From Rebecca billardiae RCC1528 (Eukaryota; Protista; Haptophyta), in contig OZ251241.1 of assembly GCA_965240325.2 (NCBI GenBank), positions 186,001 to 250,000 on the forward strand: a stretch of DNA of 64,000 bases. Direction: 5' to 3'. The notes beneath the pieces were generated by a model. That model had not been told where the DNA came from. It made no database searches and saw nothing but the letters and a program-made list of their open reading frames with translations. Position numbers and translations under genes: made by a program. Shown piece after piece: positions 29,829 through 41,800 of this stretch; position 1 is the first letter of the stretch, and each line of letters begins with the position of its first letter.

Positions 29829-32800
29829 CTACGGTGTGCGCGCGGCGCTAGCTTTGCCGGCCGGAGTGCCCGCCGGCCGCACCTCCTGGGGCTGGGGGCG
29901 GCGTTGACTGCGGCCCGACGGCGACGCCGACGGCGACTGCGGGCCGCTGCCCTGCGGCGGCGGTGGTCGAGCGGGTGGCATGCCTGCGACCGGCCCTCCG
30001 CCGCCCACGCCGCCTACATGCGAACGCATACTACCGCCACCAATGGGCGTGCTGCCTGCGCCCGAGTAAGCCCTGTGCGGTATCCGGCGCGCGCGCACAG
30101 GGCGCCGCGGCGTGGACGGTGCGTGTGCCGTCAGCGGGCGATGCGCGGGGTCGCTGCCGGGAGCGGGGGCGGGGCGCACGAAGGCGCGAGGCTGCGCACG
30201 CGGGGGCGCACGCGCACGCGCCCGCAGGCGCACACACCTGCTCACGGTGGAGCGCGGAGTGCTCGCACTGATGCGAGAGGCACCCGAGTTGTAGCCTGCG
30301 CCGCCGCGCATGCTGCGGGGCACGGAGAGGGCGCGCGCGCACACGCGAGGTGCGCGAGTCAGGGCCATGCGCGGCGCGTGCAGCGCGCGCGCCCGCGCGC
30401 GCGGCGGCGCGCTGGCGCACGTGGCGCGGGGCACGGCCCAGGCGCACGCACCCGGCGCCTGCGGGCGAGGTCGCGCCGTAGATCGTGCGCCTGGGCGGCG
30501 TGCCGAGCGAGGGCATCGAGTAGATGTCGACCGCGCCCGGCTCGCGCGGCGGCTGCAGCCCGGCGCCGCCCGGCTCCGCGCCCTGCCCACGCGCGCCCAT
30601 CGACGGCGGCCGCCCTGCGGACGCGCAGCGACGTGCCGGCGAGGCGTCCTCCGCGCTGGCGCGCGTCGGCGTGACGGTGCCGGGCGCCGGGCCGCGCGGC
30701 GGCGGCCAGGGCTGCGACAGCGTGCGCGCGGGCAGCGTGCGCTGCGGCCGCGTGCGCTGCAGCTGCTCGCTGCCGCCCGCCAGCGCCCGCTCATGTCGCG
30801 CTCGCACCTCCTCGACCGAGGGCGGCGGCGGCGGCTGCCGCGCGCCCAAGAGCGCGAGGGGCTGCTCGCGCGAGGGCGAGGCGGGCGCAGCGCCGCCCGG
30901 CCGGCGCGCGGCCGCGCGCTCAGGCTGCTGCTGCGGCTGGCACTCGGGAACCACCGCGGCGAAGGTGCGAACGCCGGGCGCGACGGTCGCGGCCGGTGGC
31001 GGCGCCGCCTCGGGCGCGGGCGCCTCCGCTTCGGGCTCGACGCCTGTCTTGCGCGCGCGCCGCCTGGCGGCGGCGACGCAGCAGCAGCAGCAGATCAGCA
31101 GCAGTAGTAGTAGCGCGACGATGAAGCCAGGGCTGGACGCGTCCCCGTTCGCCCAGAAGGCTCGCTCCAGCCCGCCGAGCGGCGCTTCATTCTCGTCGAA
31201 GCTCGCCGCGGAAGAGAGCTCGCTCAAGTCGACGTCGCCGCCGTCGCTGCTGCTGCTGCCCGTGTCGCCCGCGCCGCCGGTGCCCGCGGGCAAGGGCGGC
31301 GTCGGCGGGCTGGGCGGTGGGCTGGGCGGCGGGCTGGGTGGCGGGCTGGGCGGTGGTGATGGCGGTGGCGATGGCGGCGGGCTGGGCGGCGGGCTGGGCG
31401 GCGGGCGCGGGCTGGGTGGCTCCTGCAGCGGCGGGGGCGACGGGCTCGGCGGCGGCGGCGGCGGCGGCGCGGGCGGCGGCGGGCTCTCGAGCGGCGTGCT
31501 GAGCAGCGGCGTGCTCGTCACCTGCACCACGGCCTCGAGTGCAGCCATTGACCCAAAGGTATTGCTCAGCGAGTCGACGTCGGAGGGCGCGCCGCCGGAG
31601 TCGGCCGCCGCCGCGACCGCGTCAGCAAACGCTCCCTGCAGCGCCGCGCTCACCTGCGCGACCGTGCCGAGCGCCGCCGCCAGCTCGGGCTCGGAGGCGA
31701 GCGCCCGGCGCGCGCCCGCGCGCCCGCTGTGCAGCAGCAGCTGCCGCCGGCCGCGCCTGCGCGCGCCCGCGCTCGCCGCCACCTCGGACAGCGCGCTCAC
31801 CGCGTCGGCCAGCGTGCGGAACGCGGGCGCGAGCACCGCCGGCAGCGCGGCGGACAGCGCGGCGGGCAGCGCGCGCGCCGCGCCGCCAAACAGCGACTCC
31901 GCCGCGTCGACCAGCTCAGACACCAGAGCCGCCGCGTCGGCGGTGCCGGAGACGGAGAACGGAGCGATGCCGCCGAGCGTGGGCACGGCGGGGTCGGTGG
32001 CGTTGGAGCCGCCGACCAGCGCGAGGTGCGAGCGTGCCCACTGCGCGTGCAGCGCGCGCGTCGCGTACGCGCGCGCGAGCGCGGCGTCGGCCGCGCCGCT
32101 CGCGTTCACAAACGCCGCGGCGATGACCGACGCCACAAACGCCGACTGCGCGCTGCTGAGCAGCAGCGGCGCCGCGAGCGCGACGTCCGGCGCGCCGCCC
32201 GTCGCCCAGAGCTGCGCGAGCGGGTCGTAGTCGAAGATGGACCACGGCACGGCGGCCGCGCCCGGCGGCGCCTCGGCCGGCGTCGAGCTGTCGGGCAGCG
32301 CAAACCACGCGCGCACGGCCGCCTCCGCGTCGGCGCGCGAGAGCGCCCCCTGCGCTTCGAGCGCGGCGGCGGCGGCGGCGCCCTGCGCGGTGCCCGCGCC
32401 CCACGAGGTGGGCAGCGGCGCGTCCGCCAGCTGCGCGACGAGCGTGCCGAGCGGCGAGGCGCTCAGCGCGCCGTCCGCCGAGAAGCGCACGGGCGCGTGC
32501 ACGCCCAGCGGCACGGCGAGGCCGGTGTAAGCGTCCACGCAGCCGGGCGCGCCCGCGGGGCGCGACGCGGCGTCCGTGGGCAGCAGCAGGAGCAGCGGCC
32601 GCGCCGCGCCGCCGCCCGCCGCGTCCGCCGCGGCCTCGCGCTCGAGCAGCTCGAGGGCGAAGGCGCCGGGCTCGAGGCCGAGCGCGGCGAGCGCGGCGCT
32701 CAGGTCGGCCACGCCCTCGCCGTCCGTGAGCGCGCTTGGCTCTGCCGCGCCCAGCACGCCGTCCCCGTCCACGTCCACGCCCAGCGTGCAGTTGGCCAGG

Positions 32801-35800
32801 TAGCCCGAGCCCAGCGCCACCACAGAGGTGGGGCCGAGGAAGGGCGGGGAGGGCGGGGAGGGCGGGGGGCTCGGCGCGCTCGGCGGCGAGGGCGGGACCG
32901 GCGGCGGCGGCGGCGGCGGCGGCGGTGAGGGCGGCGGGCTCGGCGGCGGGCTCGGCGGCGGCGGGCTCGGCCGCGGCAGCGGCGGCGGACTCGGCGGTGG
33001 ACTCGGTGGCGGTGATGGTGGAGGGCTCGGCGGTGACGATGGAGGCGGCGATGGCGGCGGGCTGGGTGGCGGTGGGCTCGGCGGTGGTGATGGAGGCGGG
33101 CTCGGCGGCGGCGACGGCGGCGGGCTCGGTGGCGGGCTCGGTGGCGGCGATGGCGGCGGGCTGGGCGGCAGCGACGGCGGCGGCAGCAACGGCGGCGGTG
33201 ACGGTGGTGGGCTCGGTGGCGGGCTCGGCGGTAGGCTTGGCGGTGGACTCGGAGGTGGCGAGGGTGGCGGGCTCGGCGGCGGGGATGGCGGTGGACTCGG
33301 TGGCGGCGAGGGCGGCGGACTCGGCGGCGGACTCGGTGGCGGCGGGCTCGGCGGCGGTGAAGGCGGCGGGCTCGGCGGTGGGCTCGGCGGCGGTGAGGGC
33401 GGTGGGCTGGGCGGCGGCGATGGTGGTGGTGACGGTGGCGGGCTCGGCGGCGGTGGGCTCGGTGGTGGTGATGGCGGTGGACTTGGCGGCGGCGAGGGCG
33501 GCGGGCTCGGCGGTGGCGATGGCGGTGGCGAGGGCGGTGGGCTCGGAGGCGGGGACGGCGGCGGAGGCGACGGCGGCGGCGATGGCGGTGGGCGTGGAGG
33601 TGGGCTTGGTGGCGGTGAGGGCGGCGGGCTGGGTGGCGGCGAGGGCGGTGGGCTCGGCGGCCGTGAAGGTGGTGGGCTCGGCGGCGGCGATGGTGGTGGG
33701 CTCGGCGGCGGGCTCGGTGGCGGTGGTGAGGGCGGCGGCGAAGGAGGCGGGCTGGGCGGCGGGCTCGGTGGTGGCGAGGGCGGTGGGCTTGGCGGTGGCG
33801 AGGGTGGTGGTGAGGGCGGCGGGCTTGGTGGCGGCGGGCTCGGTGGTGGGCTCGGTGGCGGTGATGGCGGTGGGCTCGGCGGCGGTGATGGCGGTGGGCT
33901 CGGCGGAGGGCTCGGCGGCGGGCTAGGCGGCGGAGTGGGCGGCGGGCTGGGCGGTGGCGAAGGTGGCGGGGACGGGGGCGGGCTGGGCGGTGGCGGCGAA
34001 GGTGGTGGACTTGGCGGTGGGCTCGGTGGAGGACTGGGCGGTGGCGAGGGCGGCGGATTCGGTGGCGACGAGGGCGGTGGCGAGGGCGGCGGGGAGGGCG
34101 GCGGGCTCGGCGGTGGCGAGGGCGGTGGAGAGGGCGGTGGGCTTGGCGGTGGCGGCGACGGCGGTGGCGATGGCGGCGGGCTTGGCGGCGGCGTAGGCGG
34201 CGGTGATGGCGGTGGTGATGGCGGCGGGCTGGGTGGCGGCGACGGTGGCGGCGAAGGCGGTGGGCTCGGAGGGGGAGAAGGGGGAGGGCTCGGCGGCGGG
34301 CTGGGTGGCGGCGGACTCGGCGGCGGCGACGGAGGTGGCAAGGGCGGCGGGCTTGGTGGCGGGTTTGGTGGCGGGCTGGGCGGCGGGCTGGGCGGCGGGC
34401 TGGGCGGCGGACTGGGCGGCGGCGGGCTGGGTGGCGGGCTCGGCGGCGGGCTGGGCGGCGGGCTCGGTGGCGGCGAGGGTGGCGGCGAGGGCGGCGGACT
34501 GGGCGGCAGTGAGGGCGGTGGCGACGGCGGTGGCAAAGGTGGCGGTGAGGGCGGAGGGCTCGGTGGAGGGCTCGGTGGAGGAGGGCTCGGTGGCGGGCTC
34601 GGCGGTGGTGATGGCGGCGGCGACGGCGGTGGCGACGGTGGCGGCGGGCTGGGAGGCGGCGAAGGCGGCGGGCTCGGTGGCGGCGAGGGCGGCGGGCGTG
34701 GTGGTGGGCTCGGCGGCGGCGACGGCGGCGGTGAAGGTGGAGGCGAGGGTGGCGGGCTCGGCGGTGGCGACGGCGGCGGAGATGGCGGCGGGCTGGGCGG
34801 CGGCGGCGACGGCGGCGGGCTTGGTGGCGGGCTTGGTGGCGGACTTGGTGGCGGGCTCGGCGGTGGCGACGGCGGTGGGCTTGGTGGTGGGCTCGGCGGT
34901 GGCGATGGTGGCGGCGGGCTCGGTGGCGGGCTAGGGGGCGGGCTCGGCGGCGGGCTTGGCGGTAGTGACGGCGGCGGTGGGCTTGGTGGCGGCGATGGCG
35001 GCGGGCTCGGCGGCGGCGATGGTGGCGGCGAGGGCGGTGGGCTCGGTGGCGGGCTCGGAGGTGGGCTCGGAGGTGGGCTTGGAGGCGGCGGGCTAGGCGG
35101 CGGGCTCGGCGGAGGCGATGGCGGCGGGCTTGGCGGAGGGTTTGGCGGTGGCGAGGGAGGCGGGGACGGTGGTGGGCTCGGCGGTGGGCTCGGTGGCGGC
35201 GGGCTTGGCGGCGGGCTCGGTGGAGGCGACGGTGGTGGGGTTGGAGGCGGGCTCGGTGGCGGCGAAGGAGGCGGGCTCGGCGGCGGCGATGGCGGCGGGC
35301 TCGGGGGTGGCGGGCTCGGCGGAGGCAAAGGTGGAAGCGACGGCGGCGGGCTTGGCGGCGGGCTTGGCGGCGGGCTCGGCGGCGGACGGGGCGGCGGGGA
35401 CGGCGGTGGCGACGGCGGTGGCGGGCTTGGCGGCGGGGACGGCGGTGGGTTCGGCGGCGGCGATGGTGGAGGGCTCGGTGGCGGCGAGGGAGGCGGGCTC
35501 GGCGGCGGCGATGGCGGCGGCGACGGCGGAGGCGGGCTCGGTGGCGGCGATGGAGGTGGGCTTGGCGGCGGCGACGGAGGCGGGCCTGGCGGCGGTGAGG
35601 GCGGTGGGCTTGGCGGCGGCGATGGAGGCGGGCTTGGCGGCGGCGACGGAGGCGGGCTTGGCGGCAGCGATGGAGGCGGGCTTGGCGGCGGCGACGGAGG
35701 CGGGCTTGGCGGCGGTGAGGGCGGTGGGCTCGGCGGAGGCGGGCTTGGCGGTGGGCGCGGCGGTGGGCTCGGTGGCGGCGAAGGCGGTGGTGATGGTGGC

Positions 35801-38800
35801 GGACTTGGCGGCGGATTGGGCGGTGGCGACGGCGGTGGGCTCGGAGGCGGGAACGGCGGTGGGCTGGGCGGCGGGCTCGGCGGCGGGCTCGGAGGTGGCG
35901 GGCTTGGCGGCGGGGATGGCGGCAGGCTGGGCGGCGGTGATGGTGGTGGACTGGGTGGTGGTGGGCTGGGTGGCGGGCTTGGAGGCGGGCTCGGCGGTGG
36001 GCTGGGAGGCGGCGAAGGGGGCGGGCTTGGCGGCGGGCTCGGCGGCGGTGAAGGAGGCGGGCTCGGCGGCGGGCTTGGCGGCGGGCTCGGCGGCGGGCTC
36101 GGCGGCGGGCTGGGTGGCGGCGGGCTGGGGGGCGGCGAGGGCGGTGGCGAGGGCGGCGGCGAGGGCGGCGAGCTGGGCGGCGGGCTCGGCGGCGGGCTTG
36201 GCGGCGGCGATGGTGGCGGCGATGGCGGTGGCGGGGAGGGCGGCGGGCTTGGCGGCGGGCTTGGCGGCGGGCTTGGCGGCGGGCTCGGAGGTGGGCTCGG
36301 TGGTGGTGACGGCGGAGGGCTCGGCGGCGGCAAGGGCGGCGGAGGCGACGGCGGTGGGCTCGGTGGCGGGCTTGGCGGGGGGCTGGGTGGAGGGCTGGGT
36401 GGTGACGACGGCGGTGGCGACGGTGGCGGGCTCGGAGGTGGGCTCGGCGGCGGTGGGCTCGGTGGCGGGCTTGGCGGTGGGTTCGGTGGTGGCGATGGCG
36501 GCGGGCTTGGCGGCGGGCTTGGCGGTGGAGACGGCGGTGGACTTGGTGGCGGCGAGGGCGGTGGCGGCGACGGCGGCGGACTAGGCGGTGGGCTTGGCGG
36601 TGGCAAGGGCGGTGGGCTCGGCGGTGGAGACGGCGGCGGGCTGGGCGGCGGGCTGGGCGGCGGAGATGGCGGCGGTGGGCTTGGCGGCGGGGATGGCGGC
36701 GGGCTCGGCGGCGGGCTTGGTGGCGGCAAAGGCGGTGGGCTCGGCGGCGGAGACGGCGGCGGGCTCGGAGGAGGGCTCGGCGGCGGGGATGGTGGCGGCG
36801 GGCTCGGCGGTGGAGATGGCGGCGGGCTCGGCGGCGGGCTTGGTGGCGGGCTGGGCGGAGGGCTGGGCGGTGGGCTCGGTGGTGGCGACGGGGGTGGAGA
36901 CGGTGGCGGCGGGCTCGGCGGCGGCGAAGGTGGCGGGCTCGGCGGCGGCGATGGTGGTGGGCTCGGCGGTGGCAACGGCGGCGGGCTTGGAGGCGGCGAT
37001 GGTGGTGGGCTTGGCGGTGGCGATGGTGGCGGGCTCGGCGGCGGCGACGGCGGCGGGCTCGGCGGTGGCGGGCTTGGCGGTGGCGAGGGAGGCGGCGATG
37101 GCGGTGGCGAGGGCGGAGGGCTCGGCGGTGGCGAGGGCGGTGGGCTGGGCGGAGGCGATGGCGGCGGGCTCGGCGGTGGCGGCGAGGGCGGTGGCGAGGG
37201 CGGCGGCGAGGGCGGTGGCGACGGCGGTGGGCTGGGCGGTGGGCTCGGCGGCGGCGATGGCGGCGGGCTTGGCGGCGGGCTCGGCGGTGGAGACGGCGGT
37301 GGACTTGGAGGCGGCGAGGGCGGTGGCGGTGACGGCGGCGGGCTCGGCGGCGGGCTTGGTGGTGGCAACGGCGGTGGGCTCGGTGGCGGAGACGGCGGCG
37401 GGCTCGGCGGCGGGCTCGGCGGCGGGGCTGGTGGCGGCGGGCTCGGCGGTGGAGACGGCGGTGGGCTCGGCGGCGGGCTTGGTGGCGGGCTGGGCGGAGG
37501 GCTGGGCGGTGGGCTCGGTGGTGGCGACGGGGGTGGCGACGGTGGCGGCGGGCTCGGCGGCGGCGAAGGCGGCGGGCTCGGCGGCGGCGATGGTGGTGGG
37601 CTCGGCGGTGGCAACGGCGGCGGGCTTGGAGGCGGCGATGGTGGTGGGCTTGGCGGTGGCGATGGTGGCGGGCTCGGCGGCGGCGACGGCGGCGGGCTCG
37701 GTGGTGGCGGGCTTGGCGGTGGCGATGGCGGCGGCGATGGCGGTGGCGAGGGCGGAGGGCTTGGCGGTGGCGACGGCGGTGGGCTGGGCGGAGGCGATGG
37801 CGGCGGGCTCGGCGGGGGCGGCGAGGGCGGTGGCGAGGGCGGCGGCGAGGGCGGTGGCGAGGGCGGTGGGCTGGGCGGTGGGCTCGGTGGCGGTGAGGGC
37901 GGTGGACTGGGCGGTGGGCTTGGCGGTGGCGGGCTGGGCGGTGGCGATGGCGGTGGGCTTGGCGGCGGCGACGGCGGTGGGCTCGGCGGCGGAGGTGATG
38001 GCGGTGGCGATGGTGGTGGCGATGGTGGCGGCGAGGGTGGCGGGCTCGGAGGCGGGCTTGGCGGTGGGCGTGGCGGCGGGCTTGGCGGCGGGCTTGGTGG
38101 CGGCGGTGACGGCGGTGGCGACGGTGGCGGACTCGGCGGCGGCGCGGGGGGCGGGCTAGGCGGCGGAGAGGGCGGCGGGCTCGGCGGTGGCGAGGGCGGC
38201 GGGCTGGGTGGCGGTGGGCTGGGCGGCGGCGAGGGCGGTGGCGAGGGCGGCGGCGAGGGCGGCGGGCTGGGGGGCGGGCTTGGAGGCGGGCTCGGCGGTG
38301 GCGATGGCGGTGGCGACGGTGGTGGAGGCGATGGTGGTGGCGACGGTGGCGGCGATGGCGGCGGCGACGGCGGCGGGCTTGGAGGCGGTGACGGTGGGGG
38401 ACTGGGCGGCGGAGACGGCGGTGGGCTGGGCGGCGGAGAGGGCGGTGGGCTGGGCGGCGGCGACGGTGGTGGCGATGGAGGCGGGGGGCTCGGCGGTGGC
38501 GATGGTGGCGGACTGGGTGGCGGGGATGGCGGCGGGCTCGGCGGCGGCGACGGAGGCGGGCTCGGCGGCGGCGACGGAGGCGGGCTTGGCGGAGGTGGGC
38601 TCGGCGGTGGGAACGGTGGAGGGCTCGGCGGCGGCGATGGCGGCGGGCTCGGTGGCGGCGGTGATGGCGGCGGTGATGGCGGCGGCGATGGCGGCGGCGA
38701 CGGCGGTGGGCTGGGCGGTGGGCTCGGCGGCGGCGATGGCGGCGGGCTTGGCGGCGGGCTCGGCGGTGGAGACGGCGGTGGACTTGGAGGCGGCGAGGGC

Positions 38801-41800
38801 GGTGGCGGTGACGGCGGCGGGCTCGGCGGCGGGCTGGGTGGTGGCAACGGCGGTGGGCTCGGTGGCGGAGACGGCGGCGGGCTCGGCGGCGGGCTCGGCG
38901 GCGGGGATGGTGGCGGCGGGCTCGGCGGTGGAGACGGCGGTGGGCTCGGCGGCGGGCTTGGTGGCGGGCTGGGCGGAGGGCTGGGCGGTGGGCTCGGTGG
39001 TGGCGATGGGGGTGGCGACGGTGGCGGCGGGCTCGGCGGCGGCGACGGCGGCGGGCTCGGCGGTGGCGACGGCGGTGGGCTCGGCGGTGGCGATGGTGGT
39101 GGGCTCGGCGGCGGCGACGGCGGCGGGCTTGGCGGTGGCGATGGTGGCGGGCTTGGCGGTGGCGACGGCGGCGGGCTCGGTGGTGGCGGGCTTGGCGGTG
39201 GCGAGGGCGGCGGCGAGGGCGGTGGCGAGGGCGGAGGGCTTGGCGGTGGCGAGGGCGGTGGGCTGGGCGGAGGTGATGGCGGCGGGCTCGGCGGGGGCGG
39301 CGAGGGCGGGGGCGAGGGCGGCGGCGAGGGCGGAGGCGAGGGCGGTGGGCTGGGCGGTGGGCTCGGCGGCGGTGAGGGCGGTGGACTGGGCGGTGGGCTC
39401 GGCGGTGGCGGGCTGGGCGGTGGCGATGGCGGTGGGCTTGGCGGCGGCGACGGCGGTGGGCTCGGCGGCGGAGGTGATGGCGGTGGCAATGGCGGCGGCG
39501 ATGGCGGCGGCAAGGGTGGCGGGCTCGGAGGCGGGCTTGGCGGTGGGCGTGGCGGTGGGCTTGGCGGCGGGCTTGGTGGCGGCGGTGACGGCGGTGGCGA
39601 AGGTGGCGGACTCGGCGGCGGCGCGGGGGGCGGGCTCGGCGGCGGAGAGGGCGGCGGGCTCGGCGGTGGCGAGGGCGGCGGGCTGGGTGGCGGTGGGCTG
39701 GGCGGTGGCGAGGGCGGTGGCGAGGGCGGCGGCGAGGGCGGCGGGCTTGGGGGCGGGCTTGGAGGCGGGCTCGGCGGTGGCGATGGCGGTGGCGACGGTG
39801 GTGGAGGCGATGGTGGTGGCGACGGTGGCGGCGATGGCGGCGGCGACGGCGGCGGGCTTGGAGGCGGTGACGGTGGGGGGCTGGGCGGCGGAGACGGCGG
39901 CGGGCTGGGCGGCGGGGAGGGCGGTGGGCTGGGCGGCGGCGACGGTGGTGGCGATGGCGGCGGGGGGCTCGGCGGGGGCGATGGGGGCGGGCTGGGTGGC
40001 GGGGATGGCGGCGGGCTCGGTGGCGGCGACGGTGGCGGGCTCGGCGGCGGCGACGGCGGCGGGCTCGGTGGTGGCGGGCTTGGCGGTGGCGAGGGCGGCG
40101 GCGATGGCGGTGGCGAGGGCGGAGGGCTTGGCGGGGGCGACGGCGGTGGGCTGGGCGGAGGCGATGGCGGCGGGCTCGGCGGAGGCGGCGAGGGCGGTGG
40201 CGAGGGCGGCGGCGAGGGCGGTGGCGAGGGCGGTGGGCTGGGCGGTGGGCTCGGCGGCGGTGAGGGCGGTGGACTGGGCGGTGGGCTCGGCGGTGGCGGG
40301 CTGGGCGGTGGCGATGGCGGTGGGCTTGGCGGCGGCGACGGCGGTGGGCTCGGCGGAGGAGGTGATGGCGGTGGCGATGGCGGTGGCGATGGCGGCGGCG
40401 AGGGTGGCGGGCTCGGAGGCGGGCTTGGCGGTGGGCGTGGCGGCGGGCTTGGCGGCGGGCGTGGTGGCGGCGGTGACGGCGGTGGCGACGGTGGTGGACT
40501 CGGTGGCGGCGCGGGGGGCGGGCTAGGCGGCGGAGAGGGCGGCGGGCTCGGCGGTGGCGAGGGCGGCGGGCTGGGTGGCGGTGGGCTGGGCGGTGGCGAG
40601 GGCGGTGGCGAGGGCGGCGGCGAGGGCGGCGGGCTGGGGGGTGGGCTTGGAGGCGGGCTCGGCGGTGGCGATGGCGGTGGCGACGGTGGTGGAGGCGATG
40701 GTGGTGGCGACGGTGGCGGCGATGGCGGCGGCGACGGCGGCGGGCTTGGAGGCGGTGACGGTGGAGGGCTGGGCGGCGGCGACGGCGGCGGGCTGGGCGG
40801 CCGGGAGGGCGGTGGGCTGGGCGGCGGCGACGGGGGTGGCGACGGCGGCGGCGGGCTAGGCGGTGGTGATGGTGGCGGGCTCGGCGGGGGCGACGGCGGC
40901 GGGCTCGGCGGCGGCGATGGTGGCGGGCTCGGCGGCGGCGACGGAGGCGGGCTCGGCGGCGGTGGGCTCGGCGGTGGGGACGGTGGAGGGCTCGGCGGCG
41001 GCGACGGCGGCGGGCTTGGCGGCGGCGATGGCGGGGGGCTTGGCGGCGGCGAGGGCGGTGGGCTTGGCGGCGGCGGCGAGGGTGGCGGTGATGGCGGCGG
41101 CGATGGTGGTGGCGACGGCGGCGGGCTCGGCGGCGGGCTCGGCGGTGGAGTTGGTGGTGGGCTTGGTGGCGGGCTCGGAGGTGGCGGGCTCGGCGGCGGC
41201 GAGGGTGGCGGGCTCGGCGGCGGCGAGGGCGGTGGGCTCGGTGGAGGGGGAGAAGGCGGTGGGAGTGGTGGTGGCGAGGGCGGAGGCGAGGGCGGCGGGC
41301 TTGGTGGCGGGCTCGGCGGCGGACTTGGCGGCGGGCTTGGTGGTGGGCTCGGCGGCGGTGGGCTCGGCGGCGGCGAGGGTGGCGGGCTCGGCGGCGGCGA
41401 GGGCGGTGGGCTCGGCGGCGGTGGGCTCGGGGGCGGCGACGGCGGAGGGCTCGGCGGCGGCGAGGGAGGTGGGCTCGGTGGTGGCGATGGCGGCGGGCTT
41501 GGCGGCGGCGAGGGAGGTGGGCTCGGTGGTGGCGATGGCGGCGGGCTTGGCGGCGGCGAGGGCGGCGGGCTCGGTGGCGGCGGCGAGGGTGGCGGTGATG
41601 GCGGCGGCGATGGTGGTGGCGACGGCGGCGGGCTGGGCGGCGGGCTCGGCGGTGGAGTTGGTGGTGGGCTTGGTGGCGGGCTCGGAGGTGGCGGGCTCGG
41701 CGGCGGCGAGGGTGGCGGGCTCGGCGGCGGCGAGGGCGGTGGGCTCGGTGGAGGGGGGGAAGGCGGTGGGAGTGGTGGTGGCGAGGGCGGAGGCGAGGGC

